This document shows positions 40,601-54,240 of a DNA stretch of 64,000 bases, in pieces (position 1 is the first letter of the stretch; every line of letters starts with the position of its first letter). Both the position numbers and the translations under genes were made by a program. Location: the NCBI GenBank assembly GCA_002633005.1, contig NMRA01000698.1:106360-170359 (forward strand), given 5' to 3'. Origin of the DNA: Phoronis australis (taxonomy: Eukaryota; Animalia; Phoronida). Under the pieces are notes generated by a model. That model did not search any database and was not told the origin of the DNA. It saw nothing but the letters and a program-made list of their open reading frames with translations.

Positions 40601-43600
40601 TTACCAAACTGCCAGGCAGCAGTTGGATTTTGAGGTAAGCCAAGACATGACATCGTACAATTCTTGGCATGGAAATATGCAATAATGGCTGTCCCGTACA
40701 ATACCAAAATACCAACCTAGATCCATTAGAATTCATGAGGAAAAGTCACAGACTTGTTGAAAAACAGGAAACTTGATATTCGCTGTGTTGAGTAAACTTC
40801 TGTATCTCTTAATGAACAGACCATAATCAAGAAACTGTCATTCACCAAATTGGGTGTGTTTGCAGGATATGGGTTCTATTGATTGGCAGGCAGCACACTT
40901 GTCCACAAGTGCCACCAAGTGAATTTCAAATTTTTCTGGTTTCCTTACAACTACCTAGTATAGCTGAGCAAAGTGAGGCTCACTGAATACAGAACTGAGA
41001 AATGTCACATGCGATCAACTTCGTCATAAAGCTCAGTAAAATGCTCAAAGTTATCTTTACATTCAAGCGGCATTCATCTACAGAAATATGCAAATACAAA
41101 ATTTGTTCCATCTATTAAATCCAGAATTTCTCCAAAATACAACCACTTGCGATCAAAAAAATTATTGTATCAAGATCTTGGCTTTTCTGTTGCAGGTAAT
41201 ATCAGCCAGTAAACTTCCCAATTTCCATCCAGCTTGGCTTCCTCCATTTTACAACCAATCTGCATTTCGATTGAAAATTGCAGCAGAATAACTATTCCAG
41301 ATGACCAGGCTGTACGGTAGTAACCGTGCAGCATACACGGCATAACTAGTACTTTCATACATTTGCTATTTAAGAGTTACTATATGGATTTTAAAATTCT
41401 TTTGACTTTTACTAAGCAGACGTACTGAGGTTGAAATTTGAAAACTACGTTCAAAATCGGACAATTTCAGAATTTATGACAAATTCAATTTCCTCTTGTA
41501 CGTTGGCACAACTTAAATTTTAGAGACAGTCGAAACTGAAGAACTTTCGCAGAAAGCACTGAAAATGCAGACGGAACTACGTACCGCATTGTCAAAGGCT
41601 TCGCAGGAATAGTGGTAGCCATACCACGGGAGTCCCATAACCAGTTTGTTGGCTGGAATACCAAGACTAATGTAACTAGAGTAACCTGTGTAAAGAAAAC
41701 AGCAAAGCATCAACTTTGTAAAATAATATAGATGAATAGAAAAAAATCGGTATTTGATAGGATTATAGGAGATCTAGCATTCCTAGGTGGTGGGGGTCAA
41801 TTTCTCGAAGCATTTATAGCGAAAAGTCAGATTTTTTGTTTATTGATCGTCTTTTAGTCTGCTCCGGCTGACCAAGCTTTGGATTTCACTCTTTTGGCTT
41901 TAAGTTCAAGACAGATTTGCTGACGTATAGCTTTAGCATGATTTCGTGAAGTAGGTTAAGCAATCAGTAGACCGACTTTTAGCCAAAATATAATTATGAA
42001 TAAGTAAGAACTTATTAAGCAAATGGTCTTAATTATAAGTAGAAACTCGCAGTTCTTATATGAATTGGAAATGCCCACAAGACTGACACTGAGGCCAATG
42101 TGTTGGTTTTCAAACATTTAATAATAAAAGCACTCTAACAAGAAAACAAATTACATTCAATTGCAAATTGTGCATTGTGTTCCTGACACGTCTTAGCATT
42201 CCAAGCAAGACACAAACATCGGCAAGAAATAAATGTACTGACCTGATACAATCCTGGGATAAGGCGTGTTTGCTCTGGCTCTACAGTCACTGGTGAACAT
42301 TTGACTTTGAGTGTCATAAGACATTATAAAAACAAAGTCAACAATTTCAGCTATGGCTTTCTCGTCATAAAAACGACCGTCCACACCTCCAGGCTGCCAT
42401 GCTAGGTCAAAAGTCACCTGCAAAAACAAGAATTTGAATGTACCTAGGGACGTCATTTTATATGCCACTCCAGCGCCAATAAAGATAAAGATTAACAAGA
42501 AAGGAGAAATCCCATACATAAAAATGTTACCCGATCACAGTAAGACTGCTTTACTCAAATATACACTGTCCATGTACATACTGAACAGACAAATGAACAA
42601 GTAGTCAAGTCATAAGATAATAAAAGCATGTTTACTGGCCTGTATTCTAGAACTGATGGACGGAGTGCGATATTTGTTCATTGACAATTGTTTGTTTTTT
42701 AAAACGATGCACAAGATTTCAGTAAAAAAGGTGCATTTTTTCATCTTTACTCTACCCAGCTTCCTTGGAGCAGTGATGCATTGTCTGTGCTGGAATCAGC
42801 CGTGAAGGAGATAGAGTCTGACTCAGTGGTTATGACCTATAATCAATGGACACTAATGTGTGACGGTGGATCACTTAAAAAGTTGCAGAATTCGAAAACT
42901 TCCTTGTATGTGTTTCAGTGGCTTTTGAAATAAGAGAGATCTTGCCCAAAAATGATTGTGTAGAGGCACTTTTTACAGCAGCTCGAAACCCATCTTTCGT
43001 CACGGAAACAAAATTTTAATTTTGTCCACTAACTGTTATGAAACAGGTCTCAAACTGTTCCTTTGACAAATTGGGGACTAGATTAGGACTTGGAGAGAAC
43101 TGACAAATCATTATTGCTTGAGATCATTTTATGTGCCGAGCATGGCTTCAAGAAATAACAAAACTTTACTGTTCTTTACAACCTAAAATCACTTTTCATC
43201 TGGTTAAGTTGAGTCTAACGTTATACTGGTAAGCCATATCACTTCTTGAATGGAATATGGGTTTCATAATTTGACAAAGTGTACCCACAATCGACAGTAT
43301 AAACGATTGACATTCTATCAATTGTTGTCAGCTACTTAATAATCTTACCTACGAACAGAAATTCAGTTAGTCTCTGACGCAATCAGACAACTTTTTGAAT
43401 GCGAGTGATAACAAGTTGAATTTATTTAACATAGGAACCAGATGACTGGAAACGTTCCACTTTTGAAAACTAGTGGATCTGAGGCAGAAATGTACTAAAA
43501 ATAGTACTGAAAATTCTTAGTTCAACTAATGTTTATTATCATTAATATTTGTCAGGAAATTGGTTGTAAAATTTTAGTCTCTTCACCGATTTTCTCTTAG

Positions 43601-46600
43601 GCGACACCATCTCAAAGCCCCGGAAAATATATAATTATATTACGGGTAATGGAGTCAGTGATATGAACTTTGAAATTCATTCTATGTTTTACTACATTTA
43701 TAAACTTTTGCAAAATAACGTAAAAAATAAATTTGAAACTAAATAAGGCCATCCAGATCCTCCCAAGGATATTATTGTTTCACGAAATGTAGAATATAAA
43801 TACTAGGTAAATAAAACAACAAGAAATAAAACAACACCTACTTATAAACTTTTGCAGAAATGCTACATAACTTTTATGGAAGTACAAAATAAAGTGAAAA
43901 GGTGTGCATTGTGGGTACACTTATTCTTGATGTGTCAACCAATGAGCATCTAGGAGCAAAAGCCCTGTTTCGTGAAAATGACTAACGGCAGAAATTTGGT
44001 GTAATGCTTCCACTTTACAGTTGCTGGAAATTGTTTAGCAAAATAATTAAGAGTACATCAACTTAAAAATAAATTAAAAATTCTCAGTAGCTAGCAATTA
44101 TATGCACATTTTCATAGACAGCACTTTTTCTCAAGTGAGATTTAATTATTTTTCAGAAATACTTGACAGTGTAAGACCAAGAAGCAAACCCTCAGTTTTA
44201 AAATGAGTCATGGAAGCAGACCCCGAACCAAATATCCTTTTTCGGCCAAATAAATTTCAAAAAGCATTCAGTAAGTACTTTAACCCTAGAACAAAATAAT
44301 ACGCAGAATTAGTTATGGGTCTGAACTTTAAAAGTGGACGACACATGAAACCGCATAAGTACCTTGAAAGAATTCTAAGTGGTAGTTATAGTGCTACACC
44401 CAGTCATTACCAGAATAGGGTAAGAAAATACTTGTCTACCACTCAACAGTAGGCAAGACATTGCTTTCTGAACAAGTGATAAAAATGCATACCACGTGGA
44501 AATCGATGAATTTTAAATTGCCAAAACCTAATACGAACAAATCATTTAATTAAAAAGTCACACAAAGATCGATAAAAAAATAATCACATCAAGGCGAGAG
44601 CAACACTCAATGCCAAGACCAGCGTCGTTAACCTGGAATCATTCGCCCTACGTCGAGTATAGAAACAGAAATACGACACTTGAAACACGGGATAATAATA
44701 GACAAGCACGACGAACAAATCAAACACGTCGCTTTTCACGAAACATGGAGAGGCTCCACTTAAAAGGATAAACAGTATTGTATACAGTGTGCTATGCAGG
44801 TGTACCTGGAAAAATTAAAGGCAAAGCCTCCATCTCATTATGATTGTAAACAACCCGTTTTATCACAAGTGGCAAGTCTAGACACTGCTAAGGGGGTCGT
44901 AATTAACACAGTAAGAGGGGCCATCACCACAAACATGATGCAGCATTGTTTACAAGAGCATAACCGTGAAAGTGAAGCTCAACGTCAACAACCATTTTCC
45001 TGAGCCACGGCAATGAAGGGTAATAATTAAAAATGAAGTTATGACCACCTTAGCTAAAGATTAGACTGATGTGAGACAGGCCACTGCGTTACTTAATGTG
45101 TGCCATATTTCACTCAAACTTCTTGGTGGATGGATTCACAAACAAAGGTGGGTAAAAACCACGTTGATGAAAATTACGCACCATATCAGTCAGGTTTAGT
45201 GTCCACATATTTTGTAAGTGACCTTTCACTCTCGAAAAAAGAGATTACCTTCAGTTGATTACCTTTATTTTGATTTTAAAGCCCCTGTATTTAAAATAGA
45301 AAGGCAAGTGAAGACTGAACTCAGAATGATGCTAATATCATTTTGTAAAGAAACAATAAATAAATCTACTACTGGACTTACGCTATGTAGAGATGGCTAC
45401 GTTGCGTCCTCCTCTCGAGGACTTCATCAGGCCGCTGAGTTGTCAACGTAGTCATCTCTACATAGCGTAAGTCCAGTAGTAGATTTATTTATTGTTTCTT
45501 ATACCCAACTGGATGACTGAAAACATTCATCGTACCATTTTGTAAAGTAAATCTCTCCAATTGTATGACACCATATGGCAAAGACATGAAATTTTAATGA
45601 TTTCTTGTCTTCTCTATAAAAGATTGCACAGTAGTACCAAACAATTATCAGTTTGAACTTTTAATGTACCAATGGCTTCCATTAGACAACTATTCAGACA
45701 AGGATTAGAGGGTATTTGCAGCAACATTGCCAACTTAAGGAAATAAAAAAGACAAAATTTGCTAATTATTTTTGTCAGAAATTAGCGAGATTGAACTGCA
45801 TGTACCTGATTTGAAGGGTTCCTTTGCTTAAACCTTTGAGTTAATTTCTTTACAACCTGTGTCAACAAGTCGCGCTCTGGAGACCCTTTAGCAATTGCCT
45901 GTTCTGTGTCAATATTTATGGCATCCGAAAAGCGTCTTTCTGCAGCATCTAGAGTTTGGTTCAACCAAAGCTCCGTGGCAGTGTGATTTTTTAGAAGAGT
46001 AGGGTTGATCCCAACTGAAAAGTTATCAAACCAAATTTAGTTATTACAAAGGCATAATAAACGTGCAGTTCATGGAGAAAAGTTTAAAGCAAAATTTCAA
46101 TGACAAAAAGTCAAGAATGTTTTCCTACGGCAGCAGATAGCGAAAATGGAGAAAAAAATCACAAAAATCTCACGGGTTACTTTAGACAGTAGCAGGTGGC
46201 ATGCAATAGTTTTCAAATCAAACTCAGACTTGGACAAAACTGTCGTATAAACTTACTGCCAAAATTATTTGTCAGTTTGGTAGAACTTTTGTTATGTATG
46301 AAAATAGATGTTTTGTTGATGTTATGTTGAAGTTATTGCCCCAAGCTGTTTAATGTCCTGTTATTGTAGCTAGTTGCTAATAGTTGATTTATGAATGGGG
46401 GTTACAAAGTAAGGTGCCGCAATTTCAACACTGCCGGTGGTGCAACACCTGTCCACACTTTGTTGAGATTTACACAGAACTGAAATCAATTCTAGTTGAA
46501 AAGCAACAGATATACTGTCACGTGTCTGAGTGTCAAAACTTTGTCAACTTCAACGCTGTCTAGTTTTCTTGAAGCTTTTGAATACTAATAAAACTGTAAC

Positions 46601-49600
46601 ATTGAAAAAATGAAAACAGTTAAAAAATCAAGTAGAGACTAAGACATAATTTTGAAATCATTTTTTAAATTTTACATATTAAGAAAAACAAATACATACC
46701 TGCCATACCATACCTTGCTTTATGGGCATGTGCAAAACACATAAGTTTGTAGTCATGGTAACCAAATGCAATCACCGTGGTGATGGCTGTCCAATTCCAC
46801 TGTTTCCAGGTCTGGTTGTTAACGGAAAACACAAATAACTGAAACAAAGCACGAATGGAAATAGCTTTTCAAAAAACAATAATATTTAAAATGACAGCGC
46901 TAGGAACTAGTAACTCCATCTAGTGTTCAGTCATGGAACCAACCCATTCCTATTTTACTGGCATCTGTATAGGTTATACTACAGTGCAGAAAATGACAAC
47001 CTGTCAATTCCATCTTATTATGCTCATCAATGATTTGAAAGTTTTCTTGAACCCAGAAAGGCAAGCAGTGTGTATCCACGAGCCGTGTAAAAGTAGTACC
47101 CCGAGTGTCTGCTGTACGGACAAACTCCCTCGTACTCATGCGCCTAAATTGGAACACTGTCATCACACTCCGATTGGTGCATACAACTTTGTGTAGGATT
47201 CGAGGAAATGGCTAAATGGGAGCATTTGTGGATCCCATCAGTGCAAACGTGAAAATACGTCATTTCACAAGATATCAATTCAAAAATAATTAACATAAAT
47301 CATTCACCAACTTTTAATTTAATAAGTCAAATGAAAGTGGGAACAAAAGCTAGTAGGCAGGCTACCGCAAAAAGTCCCATTAGAACACATGCCTACACAC
47401 TTCGATTAGTCATATATGACACCGACACTCAAAGTCTAATGACTTATAGGATGGTGATGAAGACAGTGTATTTAAAATCTGTTAATGACTGAGGATGGTG
47501 TTGCTTGATTAACCTATCACTGCTTTTATTGCAATGATCTTAACTGAATCCCAAGCGCTTTGATTTGAAAAATGCAGACTCAGCATGAGGAAGTGGGCTT
47601 TAAGTAATAAAGCACTGATACATGGCTGAAAATTTCTTGACAAAATATAATTACGTGGCTCGGCACTACCCAAACACAACTCCCCTGGTACCCTAGGCTA
47701 TGTCATTACCTGCCCATAACTTATCGCATCAATATCACGGTTCCCCATTGTGACGGTCTGGCCGTCATTCCAGATTCCCTCATGGGTGTGTATCATTGTT
47801 CCACATCCACCTTCTAATAAGTTATGGGCAGGTAATGGACATTTTTCTAGGGCAGAAGGTGAATGACCAGTACAAGTGAAACATATCCATTAGGGAATCT
47901 GGAATGATAGCTGATCACCTTCATATGAAACTTTCAGATTTTTTACACACTGTTCTCGAAAACTTGTTAGGGATTGTTTTAAAAACGTTGAGCAATTTTG
48001 CACGAGGGGTTAACAAATTGAAGTAGGAATGTTATGATTTTCATGAAAAAATAAAAGTTCCATCACGCACAACTAAAATGAAAATTCAAAAAACTGGATA
48101 CAGCGTTGTTGAGATTTCAGATGAACACTGACTACGAAACAAAATTAGGTCACGTTCTCAGATATAGGTGGTTAATTTACATTTTAGTTAACTCCTACTT
48201 AAAAGACATGGCCACATGACCCAATCAATAAAAAATCAAACTCACAAAATACAACCTTTGGCAAATATTTGGGTAAATAATCGTGTGGATAAGGTACTAC
48301 ACAACCTCAAAGGGAACTTCGCGTCATTTTGTCTAATTGTTCAAAGTGCATGTGCCTCCATTATGAAATGATAAGAGCAGATTAGAGAATCGGGTATTAG
48401 TAAAGATCAGGAGCTAAAACTTGACAAAAGGGTGTAAAACCTACGGTAATACCTCATTATTTCTCACAAAAATAATTGCCACAATGATCATTATTTGATG
48501 TTACAAAGTTGATTGTAATGTCGCAGATGGCGAAAAAATGACCAAGTGTCGTTTTATTACAGTTATACAGGAAAGACAAGAGTATTAATTCAATAAAAGT
48601 TATTCAATGCTAATTTTTGTAGAGCAGTGTAAAAAAAAAATGAATTTCCACGCGACCGAACGGCCATATTATACGCTAAAAAGGATTTAGAATAACAGAA
48701 ATATTCAATTATTTTTTATTAAACAAGAGTGACCTAGGAAAAACTATAAAATGTTTGCTCAACTTTTCTGTGAAAACAACTTTCATAAAACTGAATCTCC
48801 AGACTAATTTAATTCAGTGAGTCACTGGTGTGGGCCACATAATGAGAAGGTAAAAAAATCATTTCCACTGAATTAAATAATACAGGAAAGGAAGGTGTGA
48901 AAGGACAAAACAGTCTGAATAAGCGCTGTAGTGAGGCAGTCACACTACAAATCCATTCGTCTGTTTAATATTCATGCCATTCAAGACAGTCAGCCAGGTA
49001 TAAAAATTCAAGGATGACGTCTGTTTACAGGACATGCAAAATTGTTGTGGGCGACAGTAAAGGGTCACATCGGCAAATTTCTGGTGAACAAAATCAATGC
49101 TATGTGAATGACCTGAAAGTAAATATTGACCTAGATAACACCAGGCATAATACAAGAAGGATTTCCAAGGATTTCCGGAATGAATCAGTTATCAGAATGC
49201 AGATGTCAAACAGGGAATGGCAAGCGTTTCCAAACAAAAAACAGCATAATAGATTCAGGTTTGCACCCGATTCACTTTGAAACCTACGCCTAACTGTTTA
49301 GTAAAGAAGGAACCCAAATCATTTCAGCTAGCATCAGATGATCCTTTTCTATGAAAATATAGACAACCAAAAATAGCACATCAACAAATCCATATTTTGA
49401 TTTATTGCTTATGACGCTGTAGCCTCAGAATCAAAATGATATCTCCTTACATAGCATACCGTAAACATTCTTCAGTTTGGATCACTAAGAAATAATTGTT
49501 TTGCTCACGGTCATAGCTTGTACCAAATATTAGGAATTCTTTATTTTGAACATCCCAAATTCAAGGGCACGGCAACAGTTTTTACTAACATGAAAGTGAT

Positions 49601-52600
49601 TTCTGTTACTTTTGATGAACCCTCAAATTCACCTTCAAACCCACTTGTGCAAAAACACGCACTTGCGGAATCACCACAGAAAGAATGCAAGCAGCTAATC
49701 AAGAGACCCATACTATGGGACACTTGATACACTTCAAGTTGCATCACCAGTGTACATTTGTGAGCTGTTTTTTTGTCAGTGCCAAATCTATTGCTTGATG
49801 GTTCTTTGCTTATGCCAATACATTCACAATTATTTCCAACAGGTCTGCTGTCCAGAAATGAATCTGAACAAGTCTACTGCCCAGAAATGAATTATTCATT
49901 TTTCAAAAAGGTCGCTGTCCAGAAATGAATTGCGCAAGTGTCTGGACTAAAGTAGAATCACTCACAGATTTTAAAAACAAATGTGGCCCAGTCTGACGAT
50001 CAACATACAACATCTCTGTAACATCCTTGTGTATACATACCCATCATAGGCTTAGGTAATGATTTCATGTAAAAGGCCAGTTGGTGTAATTTGATTGAAA
50101 AAGAAATGTATGATTGGTTGTACTACTTAATTTTGAATCAGTTGCAAAGGATGAATAAAAGTTAAATACTGAAGTTTGGATTATTCTGAACACCTACATT
50201 AGCCACTCAAATTTAAAGCACATGTCTGCCACAATCAATCAACTTACATAGAATTCCTTCGACAATATCCTAAAAGATAGTGTGTTGTACTTCACAAACA
50301 TTCCACAAAATCATATGTAACTTTTTACAATTCACAGGAAATTATAGTTACAAATGTTCAAAAATTCAAATTCTCCCTTTACAGGCAATTTTCCCAATTA
50401 GGCAAACAGATAAGACAAAAGTTGATACTCTCGAGTTCCGATTAGCCGTATCTATACGATTATTTATTTCAGGCTCGTTTTTCGGATTATACGGAGCTTA
50501 TGATATGATTGGATATGATCATGTGGTTTTTATTAGCCAATAGCTAAATAAGTAGAATATTATAATATGAACTAAAATCAAGAAGCCATTCCGATGAGCC
50601 ATACTAGTTGAAGTATAAAGACTTGCTAGTACAGCTGGACAAAGGAAATTGTACAACAGAGCCATCTCATGGAAGATTCTACAAAGGATCTTGGCAAGGG
50701 CAAAGCTTAACGAACAGGAAGTTAACTAAGAGCTTGTCACTTGCATCATGGGTAGTAAGATACTGCCTATAAGTTTTGCGTCACGAGAGACTGTGACCAG
50801 CAAGAAGAGTCGTGGGTAGAAGAAACTGCCTGCATGTGATGCATCACCAGAGACCGTGACCAGCAAGTACACTATCGCAATACTGTGTGCTTAGTTCAAA
50901 GATTTACTTACAGGACTGTCATCCAACAAGTGGGGAGTCCTACAGCTTGGATGGCAGATAAGACATTTGATTATTTTGATTGATTGATTGAAGTAATCTT
51001 TAAAGAGGTTGCTAGCATAGTTACTCTTCTTTGTAGTTGATTACTTAATTAACAACATGTTTCACTTGTCTAATTAGTGGGTAACATATAATAAATTAAT
51101 TACTTGATTTGATTATTCTCTATCCATCTATGCACAATCTCAAAGCATAGCTACCTTTAAAACAAACCCACAGTCAATCTCTGACAGTAATCAATATTGT
51201 TCCAGTCTGCACCACTATTTTCAAATTAACCCATCTACTAGTATACCATTATTCCCCAGAATTTGCTGTTTTGCACTATTATTCCTATCAATATCATTAC
51301 TAGATTTTACTCAAAATTGTAATAAAAATATTAATCCATTTTATACTATTTTTAAATTTCCATATAATTGCCATCTATACAATTATTCCATTCTACGCTA
51401 TTATTATTTTTTTCTGCAAATTTTTGGTCTATACCGTAATTATTCTACTCTTCCAGTCACAAGTGGAATTGCCCAACTATTGAATAATCAATAAATCACC
51501 ACCCTCATGCCACCATGCAGTTTCATAGATTAGAAAGCTTGTTTAGTGGTCTAATCACCCTTATCTTAGTATTAATTAGGATTTGTTTTCTAAATGTTAT
51601 TTCAAGCAGCTCCCACAATGCATTTTTTAAATGGTTGATATTTTCATTTAAACACTATGAAAAATCTGAGCAATTTAACCCAGGAGTGTTACACATACAT
51701 AACAACTTCATTGAACGCATTGGCACTCTACTACTCAGATTTGTTTGAATTTTGGAGGGGTTGCTTTTCACTTCAGATAAGTATTTCTTGCACAGGAGCA
51801 GATAAAGAAGCGGAAGTTAAAAAACAAAACCTGTCACTGGGAGGTACTTAAGCCCACCAGTCTGATTTGTTACAAAAATTGAGTCTCCCTCTCTTGGACA
51901 ACCATAGAAATACAGATCGGGGTTAGTAATTTACTTGGCGAAGCTACATTCAAAGTACGATCGGCAGACCTATCAATAAAGTAACAGACAAAACTGAATC
52001 ATACAGATTTCGTCATGTACTTCATTCACACAAGTGTGAATTGTATCTGTACAAAAGATACCCTGAATACCAGAATTCTAAGTAATAACCAAACATATTA
52101 ATGATGAAAACTTAAAATTTGGTACTTTTGGTAGTCTGTGAATTTTTAAAAAATTTATGCACTGATGCGGTATTTTTTAGTTCATATAATTTTCAAACAG
52201 AAAAAGTCACCCGGTGCCAACAGAAATCAAATTAAGGTCATGAAAGAAGTGATCCCTTAAAAATAGCATACCGGTAAGATAATTGTGTATATTTACATAT
52301 AGTTTTGAAAAAAATAATGAAGACAGGATTGTTTCTTTTAACAGTGCGGTGCAGGTTTCAAGATGAATCAGGTGCAGACCAGAACCAATTATGATGTTTT
52401 TAGGTTCCTAACTATTTTCAACTGGTCTGTCATTTAATCAAAACAAATTGAAATTATTTTCAGAACAAATGACCAGAGTCAATGTTTAGCACAAACTTAG
52501 CAACTTACTAAATTTATCAGTTTCCTGTCATGGGTTGCAACTTTGTGAAAGTGGAACACTTTATATCGGACTTGGTGGAACTTTCTGGCTAAATAATTGG

Positions 52601-53727
52601 AGCCAAAAGTGAACATGCAACATAACACCATCCTTGAATACCATCACTTTGATACAAGATTTGAGATTGAACCTTTTACTGTGGTTCTTTAGTTCAGCGA
52701 GTGTAGTGGCACAGATTGACCACCACTAATTAACCCATTTGTTGATTCTCCTTGACTTAATTATGGGTAAGGTCACGCTAAGGGGTACAATCACAGTGAT
52801 GTCAAAAACATGATAATTTATGCCCGTTTCTGTGGTTATTAAGCGGTGAAAACAGTTTTATTATAAAGTTAATATGTTGAAGAGATAACAGAGATAGTTT
52901 CATGTGGTAATCTTTTAGACTTTTTACAGAATTCACAGTTTGATCTCAAAATCGAGCAAATTTTCGGACTTGAAAGTGTGACATTCGTAACCGGCCATTT
53001 TCGAACGAAGTTAAAATCCTTAAATAAGGCTGCAATTCTTGTCTGTTTATTTTAAATCTTTAAAGCAGTGAATAAAATAGCTAATATTTATTTCAGATCT
53101 TTCCATTACACCGTATAATTAGCCAAATTAATTACTTACAAACGCGATAACGGGCGTGACGCATTCCGTCAAACCCAAGGACGAACTTCAGACGGATGTT
53201 TTCCCATATTGCAGACGACCGGTGATTTCAAACTGGTTCTNCACACCCATATCTGAGTGATAACATTCTCACTACCCTGACACCACGCCCCATCACCCAA
53301 GTCTACTGTCTATGGCCATACGTACTTCCGCCACCAAAAGTAGAGTGAAAACTAGTAAAATGTCCCGTCGGTTTCTCTGATTAATCTGATTTACCTAGAC
53401 AAAACCAAGCAAGTAGACAAGTTGCACGGCAAACTTTACTAGAAATTTACCATTCTCAAGATTAAATGTCAAAAAATATCAAGCGGCAAGAAAGTTGGAA
53501 GAGTTCATGAGGTTGGCAAAGTTCTGGCTAAGGCAGGAGCCACAACAATGCTGAATGTGAACAGTTGTGAACTGCAAGACGACAGATGACAAGTGTTCCA
53601 GTCATACCTCCTTCCTTGAGACTGGGGTATCAACCGGCTCACATAGCGTCGGGCTTTCACAGGGGCAGTCAGTGGCGATCCCGACTCCACCATAAATTCC
53701 AATCAAGTACACAACTAAAAGCTTCAT
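37688..53727 (-). CDS. CTBS: Di-N-acetylchitobiase (GH18, lysosomal) with signal peptide and extended C-terminus; 8 exons, 432 aa if it ends at the TAA at 37688
   Basis: Exons (minus): 53727-53608 (MKLLVVYLIG...DCPCESPTLCEP), 46838-46700, 46014-45806 (catalytic DAINIDTE), 42417-42243 (VTFDLAW, IMSYD), 41685-41585 (KLVMGLPWYG), 39801-39640 (VPFRGVNCSDAAG), 38485-38392 (QVWYDDP), 37986-37688 (GVGMWNA). GT-AG and phase-consistent. The 3' end is uncertain because a possible donor after 37696 could extend the CDS to 36543. Confidence 0.92.
45351..45535. mobile_element. Penelope-like retroelement pseudo-LTR remnant: inverted-repeat insertion with 12-bp TSD and hammerhead-ribozyme-like core
   Basis: TSD CATTTTGTAAAG at 45339-45350 and 45536-45547; 57-bp inverted arms 45348-45404 / 45444-45500 (1 mismatch); CTGATGA...GCAAC hammerhead-like core on minus; tail CTGGATGACTGAAAACATTCATCG resembles Penelope-like termini as recalled. 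Confidence 0.75.
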
Positions 53728-53871
53728 GCCGCCGAAACAAAATGAAGGAAGTCCATCGTACGCTCAACTTTTATGATCTCCGGAACACAAACAAGCTATG
53801 CGAACCTGGCGGGGGAATAGGAAATTAGTGCGCTGACAAGACCTGCTGTCCTGCGCTCAGCCGCCGGGTAT

Positions 53872-54240
53872 CGTAGGCCAAGTGCGACATAAGTCTGAAT
53901 TATTACTTATTAATTAGCGATTTGTGACTGGAATAAATCAACCCGTCAGATGCCAGGAATAATTACTGCAATAAAGACATCGGAGTTAAGTCGCACTTGC
54001 CCTACTATTAATAGGCCAAATGCGACATTAGTCCGATTCAATACTGTAATTAAGTCTTCGATTTATTCCTGCAATAATTCTTTAGTCATACAGAAGACAG
54101 AAATAATTCCTGTAATAAAAATCTATTACTGGAATAAATATTAATTACTGTTATAAATATTTATTACAGTAATTATTCCTGGCTTCTGATTGGCTAAAGA
54201 ATTATTACTGGAATAAATTGCGAATTATTAGTGTAATAAA
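53872..54240. mobile_element. Small foldback/MITE-like element upstream of CTBS
   Basis: TAGGCCAA(G/A)TGCGACAT motif in direct (~53872, ~54013) and inverted (~53985-54004) copies, plus many AATAATTACTG/CAGTAATTATT-like subrepeats in both orientations. Confidence 0.45.
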
